NCBI GenBank assembly: GCA_945886995.1
Contig: CAMCZJ010000001.1
Span: forward strand, 1 to 47,145
Origin: Asaia bogorensis
GTDB taxonomy: Bacteria; Pseudomonadota; Alphaproteobacteria; Acetobacterales; Acetobacteraceae
DNA: 47,145 nucleotides
Direction: 5' to 3'
Part shown: positions 9,954-18,616 of the stretch, piece after piece
How positions within the stretch are numbered: the first letter of the stretch is position 1
How the letters are laid out: the number at the start of each line of letters is the position of its first letter
Made by a program: the position numbers and the translations under genes
Notes under the pieces: model-generated
Database searches by the model: none
What the model was told of the DNA's origin: nothing
What the model saw: only the letters and a program-made list of their open reading frames with translations

Positions 9954-10602
9954 GGCAAAGCCAAATGGCAGGGAATCGGGCAAGGTTCCAGGGGCGCGCC
10001 CCGCTTGGGGCCGTTTCGCCCGCCCCGACCCCGGTGGCCTGCCCAGGCTTTGGCTGTTCAGTGACCCCCTGCGCCTGCCGGACCCGCGCGCGGCCATGCG
10101 GCTTCTCCCGCGCGGTGCGGGGGTGGTGGCGCGGGGGCTGGCGTCTGGGTTGCTTGTGCCGGTTGCGCGACTCGCCCGGCAGCGCGGCCTTAAGCTGTTG
10201 GTGGCGGGCGATGGGCGGGCGGCGCTGGCGCTTAGGGCGGGGCTGCATCTGCCGGATCGGCGGGGAAGCGCGGGCTTGCTGCCCTTTTTGATCGCGCGTC
10301 GGGCAACCAGGGGCAGCCTTATGCTGAGTATGGCCGCGCATGGCGGGCAGCGCGGCGCAGCGCGGGCCAGGCGGCTTCGGGTGGATTACCTGTTTCTTTC
10401 CCCGCTTTTTCCCACGCAAAGCCACCCCGGCGCAGCGGCTTTGGGGGTTATCCGATGGGCGGCCTTGGCGCGGAGATCACCCGCGCCCTGCATGGCTTTG
10501 GGGGGCATCATCGCTGCCCGGCTTGGTGCTGTGCCCCGCCGCGCGGCGGGGGTGGCGGCCATTGGGGGGCTGGCGCCACCTGTTGCGCGCTTGCCACAGT
10601 GA
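9952..10602 (+). CDS. Thiamine phosphate synthase (ThiE/TenI-like) family protein
   Basis: LWLFSDP.RLPDP, GLHLP, AAHG, LSPLFPTQSHPG, ALGGI, GVAAI; start uncertain (9934 or 9952). Confidence 0.75.
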   Translation: MAKPNGRESGKVPGARPAWGRFARPDPGGLPRLWLFSDPLRLPDPRAAMRLLPRGAGVVARGLASGLLVPVARLARQRGLKLLVAGDGRAALALRAGLHLPDRRGSAGLLPFLIARRATRGSLMLSMAAHGGQRGAARARRLRVDYLFLSPLFPTQSHPGAAALGVIRWAALARRSPAPCMALGGIIAARLGAVPRRAAGVAAIGGLAPPVARLPQ

Positions 10603-10620
10603 TGTGGCCAAGTCGCGTCA
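10581..10620 (+). promoter_or_regulatory. Two tandem imperfect palindromes upstream of the porin gene
   Basis: TGTTGC-N6-GCCACA (10581-10598) and TGTGGC-N6-GCGTCA (10603-10620), 22-bp period. Confidence 0.45.
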
Positions 10621-10778
10621 GCCCTTGCTGAGAGGTTGCGGTGATCGCGCTGAAATGATCATAGTCCAGTAAGGTCTAAAGGCTTTGGGCATCCTTATTG
10701 GGTGTTTGGGGTCTTCTTCCTGCCGGGGGCAGGGGCCGAGGAACACTGCCGGATTTTCCGGCTATGAGGAGGACTTAA

Positions 10779-12023
10779 ATGCGTAAAATTCTTCTGGGGA
10801 CAACGGCGGTTGTTGGTCTCGCGCTCGCGGCGCCGGCCACCTTCGCGCAGGCCCTCGCGCCGGGTGGCGGCCAAGGTGCCACCCTTACCCCGGCCCCGGC
10901 GCCGAGCATTGCCGGTGCAGGTGGTTTGACCGTGCGCCTGGGCGGCTTCTATGAATTCAGCGCTGCGAATATCCAGGACGATAACGACCGTGCTGCCCGT
11001 CTTGCTGCCGCGCATGGCAAGGCGCGTTATCGCAATGATTTCCGCAACGACATGGAATTGAATGTTTTTGTGGATGGTCGCGCGGCCAATGGCATGGCTT
11101 ATGGTGCCGTGCTTGAAATGCAGATGGATAACCAAACCAACACAACCGTCGATTTTGACGAAATGTATGGTTTCATGAAGGGCAGCTGGGGTGAATTCCG
11201 CTTCGGTCAGGAAGACAGCGCCGCGTCCTTGATTTCCGTGCGTGCGCCTGCCGCCGGTGCCCTTGGTGGCGACGCCGTGTGGGACGAATTTGTGAGCAAT
11301 GCGGGTCTCTTCGGCAGCCCTTACGTGACTTCCGGCATCAATGACGGCAATGACGCGACGAAGGTGATTTACCTGTCGCCGCAATTCTTTGGCTTTGATG
11401 TTGGCGTCTCCTACGCCGCCAATGCTGGCGAAGGTGAGCGTGTGGACACGCAGCGTGATCGCTTGACGGTTGACAATGAAATCTCCGTCGCGCTCCGCTA
11501 TCGCGGCACCTTTGGCGATGTTGGCCTTTCGGCTGGCGCAGGCGCCATGTGGGCCGATGCGCCGGCGAATGCTGGTACGACCCGTTATGAATCTGTGAAT
11601 GCGTATTTCTTTGGTGCGCAGATTGCGGCGTTTGGCTTCGCGGTTGGTGGTGAATATGCCTTCGGCAAGTACAATGGTTCGTCCGTCGGCCGTACAGCTC
11701 TGCGGGAAGGGCTGGATGACAGCAACCATTGGCTGGCCGGTGCCACTTACACCCTGGGTTCGGTTGTGTTTGGCGCCGTTTATGGCAATGGCACGCAGGA
11801 TAATGGCGGCACCTTGAAGGACCGCGACCATACTGTGTGGGGCATTGGTGCGCTTTACAATCTGGCACCGGGCCTTGGCCTTTATGCGGCCTATAACAGC
11901 ATCAGCGATGAGAATATCCCGACCGCAGCCCCGACTGCGACCGGCGCGACTCTCGCCACCTTCAACGGCAGCAATACGCGTAATATTGATGTCCTGCTGG
12001 CGGGCATCCGTCTCGCCTTCTGA
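10779..12023 (+). CDS. Outer-membrane porin (alphaproteobacterial Gram-negative porin type)
   Basis: Strong SD GAGGAGG; signal peptide MRKILLGTTA; amphipathic beta strands; C-terminal Phe; strongly biased codons. Confidence 0.92.
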   Translation: MRKILLGTTAVVGLALAAPATFAQALAPGGGQGATLTPAPAPSIAGAGGLTVRLGGFYEFSAANIQDDNDRAARLAAAHGKARYRNDFRNDMELNVFVDGRAANGMAYGAVLEMQMDNQTNTTVDFDEMYGFMKGSWGEFRFGQEDSAASLISVRAPAAGALGGDAVWDEFVSNAGLFGSPYVTSGINDGNDATKVIYLSPQFFGFDVGVSYAANAGEGERVDTQRDRLTVDNEISVALRYRGTFGDVGLSAGAGAMWADAPANAGTTRYESVNAYFFGAQIAAFGFAVGGEYAFGKYNGSSVGRTALREGLDDSNHWLAGATYTLGSVVFGAVYGNGTQDNGGTLKDRDHTVWGIGALYNLAPGLGLYAAYNSISDENIPTAAPTATGATLATFNGSNTRNIDVLLAGIRLAF

Positions 12024-12042
12024 TCTTCGGATCATTCGGCAC

Positions 12043-12078
12043 AAAGGCGGCAGGGGAAACCCTGCCGCTCTTTTTTTG
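12043..12078 (+). terminator. Rho-independent terminator after porin
   Basis: GCGGCAGGG-GAAA-CCCTGCCGC followed by TCTTTTTTT. Confidence 0.9.
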
Positions 12079-12195
12079 TCCGCATGCGAAAAGCGCCAGA
12101 TGGCCTTTGGCCAATGAAGCGCAAGGCAAGCCGCATCGCGGCAGCATCCAAGCGGCTACCCCAATGATCAGCACTTCTGCCTTTTTTGGATCAGG

Positions 12196-13767
12196 CTAGC
12201 CTTGGGTTGGAACGGTTGCCCCGCCACTCTCACGATTGCGCCTGCGCGGATCAGGCGCCAAGGCCCCGGCAATCTGGGCCAACATTTCCGAAATCCGGAA
12301 GGGTTTTTGCAGAAACACGAAATTCTCGGCAACCATTTCGCCGCTCAGCGTGCCTTCCGCGTAGCCGGACATCAGCACCACCGGCAGGCCAGGGTTACTT
12401 TCGCGCAATTGTCGCGCCAAGGTCAGGCCATCAATGCTGCCCGGCATGGCGACATCTGAAATCACCAAATCAGGCTTGAGCCCCGCGGCAATGGCGCCGA
12501 GTGCGGCTTCGCCATCTTCAACCGCCGTCACCTCATACCCCGCATTCGTCAAGGCGCGGGATAGCAAGCGATGCAACGGCGCCTCATCTTCCACCAGCAA
12601 TAGCCGCCTGCCGGCGCCCAGCGCATGAACACCAGGCGTATGCGCCACCGAGGCATCCGGTTCGGCGGCAACGCGCGGAAACCAAAGACGGAAGCGACTA
12701 CCCTCCCCAAGGCGCGAACGCACAGATACATGGCCGCCGGATTGGCGCAGAATGCCAAGCACGGTCGAAAGGCCAAGCCCCGTGCCGCCGCCATCGCGCT
12801 TGGTGGTGTAGAAGGGCTCAAAAATGCGGGAAATCTGTTCGGGCTCCATGCCCGCACCCTCATCAGTCACTTCCAGCACGGCCCATGGACCTGGGGCTAT
12901 GGTGCCACCTTGGGCAGGTTCAGGCGCCTCAAGATCTCTGCTTTTGACCGAGATATGTAGCTTGCCGCCCTGGGGCATCGCATCGCGCGCATTCACGGCC
13001 AGATTCATCAGCGCCTGGTCAATATGGCTTGGGTCCACCCGCGCGCAGGGGCCAGGGCGTTCAAGATCAAGCTTGATCGGGATGCGCCGGCCCAATAACC
13101 GCGCAAGCAGTGGCGCCATGCCATCCACCGCGCGGTCCAGCGCTACAACGCGCGGCTGCACCGCTTGCCGGCTGGCAAAGGCCAGAAGCTGACGCACCAG
13201 CCGCGCGCCGCGCCCAGCACTATCCAATATCTGGCGGAGATCATCGGTGGTGGCGATGTCCTGGCCGCGTGCCAGCGCCCCTTCCGCCGCCGCGCCAACA
13301 GCGGCGAGAAGGTTGTTGAAATCATGCGCAACCCCGCCGGCAAGCCGGCCCACGGCTTCCAGCCGCGCGGCTTCTTCCAATTGCGCCTGGCGGCGCCTGC
13401 GCGCAGTGATGTCCAGCACTCGCAGCAAGGCGCCGGCTTCACCGCGCAGGGGGCGGCAATGCACTTCCACGGCGGCATCGGATGGCTGATCAGCGCCGGA
13501 AAGCTGCGCTTCAACAGCCGGTGGGGCGGGAGGGCCCGCCAAGGCAACGGTGATGATCTGGCGCACCGCTTCCTGGCTTGCTTCGGCGAATAGAAGTGAC
13601 GGGTCGCGCCCTGGCCCAGGTGCCGGCCCATTGGCGCAGAGCTTTTCCAGCACCGCGCTTGCGGCACGGATGCGCCCTTCGGCATCCAACACGGCAAGCC
13701 CGGCTTCTTCTTCGGATTCAAAAAGCCTGCGGAAGGAATCCGCTGCCGCTTCGCCGCGCCCGTTCAT
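12196..13767 (-). CDS. cckA: Hybrid histidine kinase/response regulator, CckA-like (PAS-like, HisKA, HATPase, REC)
   Basis: H-box AGGVAHDFNNLL, N-box NLAVNARDAM, FEPFYTTK, GTGLGLSTV, receiver LLVEDE..SDVAMP..KPF; directly downstream of flhB as in other Rhodospirillales. Confidence 0.8.
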   Translation of the reverse strand: MNGRGEAAADSFRRLFESEEEAGLAVLDAEGRIRAASAVLEKLCANGPAPGPGRDPSLLFAEASQEAVRQIITVALAGPPAPPAVEAQLSGADQPSDAAVEVHCRPLRGEAGALLRVLDITARRRRQAQLEEAARLEAVGRLAGGVAHDFNNLLAAVGAAAEGALARGQDIATTDDLRQILDSAGRGARLVRQLLAFASRQAVQPRVVALDRAVDGMAPLLARLLGRRIPIKLDLERPGPCARVDPSHIDQALMNLAVNARDAMPQGGKLHISVKSRDLEAPEPAQGGTIAPGPWAVLEVTDEGAGMEPEQISRIFEPFYTTKRDGGGTGLGLSTVLGILRQSGGHVSVRSRLGEGSRFRLWFPRVAAEPDASVAHTPGVHALGAGRRLLLVEDEAPLHRLLSRALTNAGYEVTAVEDGEAALGAIAAGLKPDLVISDVAMPGSIDGLTLARQLRESNPGLPVVLMSGYAEGTLSGEMVAENFVFLQKPFRISEMLAQIAGALAPDPRRRNRESGGATVPTQG

Positions 13768-14831
13768 CCGGTGCCTCCGCTACGGCCACGCAGGCGCCAG
13801 ACATAGGCAATGATCTCGGCCACCGCCTGATAATATTCGGCAGGAATTTCGGTTTCCAATTCCTGCTTGAACAAGGCGCGCGCCAGCGGCGGGTTGGATA
13901 CAAGTGGCACCCCCGCTTCTTCGGCCACGGCGCGGATGCGGGCGGCAACAGCGTCAGCACCTTTTGCCACGATCTTTGGTGCGGCCTGAGACTTCTCATC
14001 ATAGGCAAGGGCGATTGCGTAATGGGTCGGGTTGGTCACCACCACGGCGGCGGTGGGTACCGCTGCCATCATGCGCTGGCGTGCGCGCCCCATGCGGATG
14101 CTGCGGATACGCGCCTTGATATGGGGATCGCCTTCGCTGTCCTTCGCTTCCTCCCGTAACTCCTGGCGAGACATGCGGAGACGGCGAAAGTGCCGAAAGC
14201 GCACCACGAAGTAATCCGCCAATGCAATGGCCGCAAAGGCGATCAGCGCGGCAATGACCATATCTGTCGAAGCACGCAACATCAACATCAATAAATCGGC
14301 GGGACCGATTGAAAGGGAGGCGCGCAATTCCTGCGGGTTCCCAAGCGCCCACCATACCGCTGCACCTACGACGCCAAGTTTGATCAGCGTTCTCAATAAC
14401 TCGATCACGCCTTCCGGCCCCAGCAGCCGCTTGAGCCCCGCGATCGGGCTGATCTTGGAGAATTTCGGCTTAAGGCTGGTGGCGGAAAAAAGCCCCTTGC
14501 TTTGCAGCATCGTGCCCGCAATGGCGCCAACCAAACCCATCACCATCACGGGCAGTGCGGCCAGCAGGCCCAGCTTCAGCATTTCACGGGTTGCCACGTC
14601 AATCCGAAGTGCATGCGATTGTTCAAAGATAGCGCGCATGCCGCGCATCAATTCCTGCCCAAGCAGCGGCAGGCCAAAAGCCATGCCCAATAGCCCCGCA
14701 CCAAAAGCGGCGAGGCCCACCACTTCCCGCGACATGACAATTTGGCCTTCTTCGCGCGCCTTTTCCAGCCGCCGTCCCGAAGCCTCTTCTGTTTTGTCTT
14801 CTGAATCGCTATCCCCACCAGAACCGGACAT
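13764..14831 (-). CDS. flhB: Flagellar export substrate-specificity switch FlhB
   Basis: KTEEAS..RL.KAREEG, EGDPHIK, autocleavage motif NPTH, IPAEYYQAVAE. Confidence 0.96.
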   Translation of the reverse strand: MSGSGGDSDSEDKTEEASGRRLEKAREEGQIVMSREVVGLAAFGAGLLGMAFGLPLLGQELMRGMRAIFEQSHALRIDVATREMLKLGLLAALPVMVMGLVGAIAGTMLQSKGLFSATSLKPKFSKISPIAGLKRLLGPEGVIELLRTLIKLGVVGAAVWWALGNPQELRASLSIGPADLLMLMLRASTDMVIAALIAFAAIALADYFVVRFRHFRRLRMSRQELREEAKDSEGDPHIKARIRSIRMGRARQRMMAAVPTAAVVVTNPTHYAIALAYDEKSQAAPKIVAKGADAVAARIRAVAEEAGVPLVSNPPLARALFKQELETEIPAEYYQAVAEIIAYVWRLRGRSGGTG

Positions 14832-14834
14832 GGC

Positions 14835-15611
14835 TCAACGTGTCCCGGGCAAGGCTAGAAAGGTTTCGCGGGCGATACTGGCATAAAGACCAAGCATGCT
14901 TGGCAGTAACAGCCCAAGCAGCAGTATGCCAATCAGAAGCTGCCCAGGGACCACGAGGAAATAGATCTGTACCTGCGGCGCGATGCGCGCAAGCAGGCCG
15001 AAGGCCACATTCAGCACAACTGAAAGCAGGAAAAAGGGCGCCGTTAGCTGCAAGGCCAGCATCATGCTTTGCCCTACTGCCACGGCCATGGCTTCGGCCC
15101 CCGGCCCGGCAAGGAAACCCTCCCCAACCGGCAACACCGCATAACTCTCAGCCAACGCGCGGAGCGGCAGGGCGTAAAGCCCGGTGGTCAGAAACAGCAA
15201 TACGGACATCAGGGTGAAAAAGCGCCCGGTGATCGCGTTTTGTCCGCCGGTTGCGGGGTCTGGTACCAATACCTGCGAAAGCCCAATCAGCAATGCAAAA
15301 AGCCCCCCCGCCATGCTCATGGCAAGCGTCACCAGCCGCGCAAGGGCACCGTACCAGATCCCAATAATGATTTCGATGAGCATAAGGCGTAGCAATTCGC
15401 CAGCGCTATCCGGTGCCGGTGGCAGGGAAGGCGCCAGCACAGGATGAAGCACCATCACCAGGGCCAGGCCAAGACCAAGGCGGAGATTTGTGGGAACTTC
15501 CTGTTCGCCAAGCCCAGGCATCAGCATCACAACGGCACCGATGCGCGCGAAAATAAGAATGGCGTGAAACACCATACCCGGCAGCGCGGCCAGCAATTCC
15601 GCTTCTGTCAT
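14835..15611 (-). CDS. fliR: Flagellar export gate protein FliR
   Basis: Hydrophobic 258 aa; FARIG..MLMPG, LARIAPQVQIYF; position between fliQ and flhB. Confidence 0.94.
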   Translation of the reverse strand: MTEAELLAALPGMVFHAILIFARIGAVVMLMPGLGEQEVPTNLRLGLGLALVMVLHPVLAPSLPPAPDSAGELLRLMLIEIIIGIWYGALARLVTLAMSMAGGLFALLIGLSQVLVPDPATGGQNAITGRFFTLMSVLLFLTTGLYALPLRALAESYAVLPVGEGFLAGPGAEAMAVAVGQSMMLALQLTAPFFLLSVVLNVAFGLLARIAPQVQIYFLVVPGQLLIGILLLGLLLPSMLGLYASIARETFLALPGTR

Positions 15612-15712
15612 GATGCGGGGGTTTCGGGCCAGTTGGCGTTACTTGGCTCGCTGAAACATGCGATCACGCCATCGGGTAAGGCATGGCTGATGAGCGAATG
15701 CGAAACAGGCAT
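15608..15712 (-). other. 34-codon mini-ORF within a ~100-bp insert between fliQ and fliR
   Basis: ATG 3 nt after the fliQ stop; MPVSHSLISHALPDGVIACFSEPSNANWPETPAS; its TGA overlaps the fliR ATG (ATGA). Confidence 0.4.
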
Positions 15713-15715
15713 GGT

Positions 15716-15985
15716 CTAGGGCCTGCTGCCGACCTGGATCATCATATCGAACAGGCCTTGAGTATAGCCACGCAGAACGCCGGACATAAATGGCATCAGA
15801 AGAATGAGAGCGATGGCAAGCGCGGCGAGCTTTGGCAGGAAGGAAAGGCTTGCCTCATTCACCTGGGTCAGCGCCTGGAAGACCGCGACAACAAGCCCGA
15901 TGACCAGCAAGAGCACCAGTAGTGGCCCACCAATCTGCAGGCTGACCCAAAGCGCTTCCCGGCTTGCCTCAGCGATGCCGCCCAT
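15716..15985 (-). CDS. fliQ: Flagellar export gate protein FliQ
   Basis: GLVVAVFQALTQVNEASLSFLPK; 89 aa. Confidence 0.96.
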   Translation of the reverse strand: MGGIAEASREALWVSLQIGGPLLVLLLVIGLVVAVFQALTQVNEASLSFLPKLAALAIALILLMPFMSGVLRGYTQGLFDMMIQVGSRP

Positions 15986-16030
15986 CGGCCTGCCTTTCCC
16001 CGTGCCTGCTGAACGCCCCGAACGGGGGCG

Positions 16031-16345
16031 TCAGATCGGCATGCGCATCACTTCCTGATAGGCGGAAACAACCCGGTCCCGGACGGCAACAGCCGTCTGC
16101 AGGGTCAATTCCGCGCGGCCCACGGCAACTACCAGGTCGGTGACGCTGCCTTCGCCCATCAGATTGCGGGTTGAAGCGGCATCAGCCTGATGGCCGTTAT
16201 TGACCGCGTTCTGCACGGCGCGGGACAGCGCATCGCCAAAGCTATTGCCTTCGCTGGCGCCGCCGGTCGGTGTGGCGCCGGGTGCGCCCATGCTGGCGCG
16301 ATAAGCGGCGGCTGCGACGCCACCAGGGCTTACGGGTAGGGACAT
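16031..16345 (-). CDS. fliE: Flagellar hook-basal body protein FliE
   Basis: SFGDAL, AELTLQTAVAVRDRVVSAYQEVMRMPI. Confidence 0.96.
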   Translation of the reverse strand: MSLPVSPGGVAAAAYRASMGAPGATPTGGASEGNSFGDALSRAVQNAVNNGHQADAASTRNLMGEGSVTDLVVAVGRAELTLQTAVAVRDRVVSAYQEVMRMPI

Positions 16346-16752
16346 CAGCGCATAGCCTCAATAGTGCGGGTCAACATGCCGCGGGTGACTTCCAGGATCG
16401 ACAGATTGGCGCTGTAGCTGCGTTGAGCTTCGCGCATATCCATGATTTCGATGGTTGAATTCACATTGGGGGTTTTCACATAGCCCCGATTATCCGCTGC
16501 CGGATGGGATGGGTCAAAGCGAGAATTGAATTCCCGCGGGTCAGTGCCAATGCGCCTGACTTTTGGCGTATTGACCCCCAATTCCCGATCAAAGCGATTG
16601 GTGAAGGAGACAGTCTTACGGCGATAGGGATCGCCGCCGGGTGTCTCGGCCGTGGTGTCCCGGTTGGCCATATTTTCCGCCACCACGCGAAGCCGGCGGG
16701 TCTGCATATCCATCCCCGAGGCTGCAATCCGCAATGCGCGATCAAGATCCAT
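16345..16752 (-). CDS. flgC: Flagellar basal-body rod protein FlgC
   Basis: ASGM...R..VVAENMAN, PYRRK, DPSHPAAD..GYV..PNVN, RSYSAN. Confidence 0.97.
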   Translation of the reverse strand: MDLDRALRIAASGMDMQTRRLRVVAENMANRDTTAETPGGDPYRRKTVSFTNRFDRELGVNTPKVRRIGTDPREFNSRFDPSHPAADNRGYVKTPNVNSTIEIMDMREAQRSYSANLSILEVTRGMLTRTIEAMR

Positions 16753-16767
16753 GGCTTAACGCTCTTT

Positions 16768-17166
16768 CTACTGTTGGGGCCGCCCGAGGGCGGTCATGAA
16801 CATGCTCATGTAGCGGCGGCGTACCGTAAGGGCCATTTGATGGGCGGTATCGGTTTCAGCCACACGGACCGCTTCTTGGTCCAGCGAAACGGCGTTGCCA
16901 CCTGGTTCCCGGTTCGCCGCAACGCGTTCCTTGGCCGCCCGGCCATCATTCTGCTTTGACCCCTGAAGGTGATTGGCGTTGGTGGTGAGCATCGGTCTTT
17001 CGCTCACCTTACCTGCCAGCACCTTGGTGAAGGGCTGAAGGTCTGAAGGGCGGTAGTTTGGCGTATCCGCATTCGCGATATTCTGCGCCAAGACGCGCTG
17101 ACGCGCTTCCAGCCAGCGGATCCGCTGTTCGGAGAGGGCAATCGGGCCAGTTCTGGTCGGGTCCAT
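16768..17166 (-). CDS. flgB: Flagellar basal-body rod protein FlgB
   Basis: RQRVLAQNIANADTPNY, GNAVSLDQE; real start ATG at 17166 (upstream extension of the ORF is not FlgB-like). Confidence 0.94.
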   Translation of the reverse strand: MDPTRTGPIALSEQRIRWLEARQRVLAQNIANADTPNYRPSDLQPFTKVLAGKVSERPMLTTNANHLQGSKQNDGRAAKERVAANREPGGNAVSLDQEAVRVAETDTAHQMALTVRRRYMSMFMTALGRPQQ

Positions 17167-17177
17167 AATCCCATCCT

Positions 17178-17193
17178 TGCACGTTACGGGCCA
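17178..17193 (-). promoter_or_regulatory. sigma54 (-24/-12)-like promoter upstream of flgB
   Basis: Minus strand TGGCCC-GTAAC-GTGCA; GG/GC spacing correct, one mismatch to TTGC; predicted +1 is adjacent to the ATG. Confidence 0.45.
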
Positions 17194-17241
17194 AAATGCG
17201 TTAAAAGTTGTCGCGTTACAACATTTTCTAATGGTTTTTTT

Positions 17242-17565
17242 GTGCCGAACCTGTTGGATACCCCTGTGAGCAATCAGTTTGACGACATTGCGGCGGCAGA
17301 AGCGCGGCGCCAGGGCATGGCGGTCCTTGCCGCCATCTCGGCTATGGGGGAAAGCCTGACCCAGGCGGAGGCAAGTCTTGCCGAGGGCTACAGGCTCGAT
17401 CTTGCCGGGTTGGAGGGTGAAATCGTGAGGCTTTGTGCTGCTGCGCAAAAGGTAACGCCCGAAATGGCCCCATCCGTCCGGCGCGGGCTTGAGGCATTGC
17501 TCGCCCAGGTTGATCGGTTGAGTAAGGCCCTGCCGCCCCCCCAAGCCCAGGAATCGCGCCCATGA
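17242..17565 (+). CDS. Hypothetical helical protein heading the fliO-fliP operon
   Basis: Stop overlaps fliO start (ATGA); amphipathic helices, DLAGLEGEI.RLC; start uncertain (17242 or 17266). Confidence 0.7.
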   Translation: MPNLLDTPVSNQFDDIAAAEARRQGMAVLAAISAMGESLTQAEASLAEGYRLDLAGLEGEIVRLCAAAQKVTPEMAPSVRRGLEALLAQVDRLSKALPPPQAQESRP

Positions 17566-17840
17566 CCCTGACCCTGATGGATTGGCTGACGGCTGGCGCC
17601 GCCCTGCTGCTGGTGCTGGGGCTGATTTTTTTGCTGGCGCGACTGCTGCGCGTCACCGGGCTTGCGCCGCAAACCAGCGGCCAGCGCCTGAAGCTGCAGG
17701 AAGCCTTGGCGCTGGATGCGCGCCGCCGATTACTGATCCTGCGCTGCGATGGGCGGGATGTGCTACTGCTGACAGGTGGCCCACAGGATCTGTGCCTGGG
17801 CTGGTTGCCCAGCAAGGATGAGGAACCAAAGCGTCCATGA
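17562..17840 (+). CDS. fliO: Flagellar biosynthetic protein FliO
   Basis: Single TM helix then RL...EALALDARRRLLILRCDG..VLLL; precedes fliP. Confidence 0.88.
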   Translation: MTLTLMDWLTAGAALLLVLGLIFLLARLLRVTGLAPQTSGQRLKLQEALALDARRRLLILRCDGRDVLLLTGGPQDLCLGWLPSKDEEPKRP

Positions 17841-18586
17841 CGTGCAGAATGACTATCCGCATCCTTGCCATTCTGGCCATGACGGCGCTGCCTGCCGGTG
17901 CGGCGCTGGCGCAAAGTGTCTCCATTGACTTGGGCCAGACCAGCCAACCCGGCGCCACTGCGCGCCTGGTGCAGCTTACCGCGCTTATCGGCTTGCTTTC
18001 CCTCGCGCCATCTCTGCTGGTCATGGCAACGGCTTTCGCGCGGATTGTCATTGTGCTTTCCCTTCTGCGCACAGCCCTTGGTGCGCCCAGTATTCCGCCC
18101 AATACGGTGCTGGTTGGCTTGGCGCTGTTCCTCACTTTCTTTGTCATGCAGCCGGTTTTTGAAGCTTCCTGGACTCAGGGCATTGTGCCCATGACGGAAG
18201 GGCGGCTTTCGGAATTGGCTGGGCTGCAAGCGGCGGCACAACCTTTCCACACGTTCATGGTGGCGAATATCCGCGAAGAAGATCTTTTGTTGTTTCTTGA
18301 TCTTGGCGGGATTCAAGCAGTGGTCGATCCGGCGCAGACGCCGTGGCGCGCCCTGATTCCTGCCTTCATCATAGGCGAATTGAAGCGCGCCTTTGAAATC
18401 GGCTTCCTGCTTTTCCTGCCCTTTCTGGTCATTGATATGGTGATCGCAAGCATTTTGATGTCGCTTGGCATGATGATGTTGCCGCCATCCGTGGTGGCGC
18501 TGCCCTTCAAGCTGATCTTTTTTGTGCTGGTGGATGGCTGGCGTTTGGTTTCCGGCAGCCTGGTGCAAGGCTTCAACGTGAACTGA
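17837..18586 (+). CDS. fliP: Flagellar export gate protein FliP
   Basis: LSLAPSLL, PPNTVL.GLALFLT, ELKRAFEIGF, GMMMLPP, LPFKLIFFVLVDGW. Confidence 0.97.
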   Translation: MTCRMTIRILAILAMTALPAGAALAQSVSIDLGQTSQPGATARLVQLTALIGLLSLAPSLLVMATAFARIVIVLSLLRTALGAPSIPPNTVLVGLALFLTFFVMQPVFEASWTQGIVPMTEGRLSELAGLQAAAQPFHTFMVANIREEDLLLFLDLGGIQAVVDPAQTPWRALIPAFIIGELKRAFEIGFLLFLPFLVIDMVIASILMSLGMMMLPPSVVALPFKLIFFVLVDGWRLVSGSLVQGFNVN

Positions 18587-18616
18587 CGGGCTTCGAGCCT
18601 AATCGGGCAAGACGCA

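Noticed and set aside
10695-12044. 449-aa ORF antisense to the porin
   Set aside because: Shadow frame of a codon-biased gene; no motifs; the porin has SD, signal peptide and terminator.
17195-17240. Canonical CtrA box between flgB and the fliO operon
   Set aside because: TTAA/TAAC half-sites are present but not at TTAA-N7-TTAA spacing.
17167-17544. Long N-terminal extension of the flgB ORF (258 aa)
   Set aside because: Runs through the AT-rich promoter and antisense to the divergent gene; FlgB similarity starts at ATG 17166.
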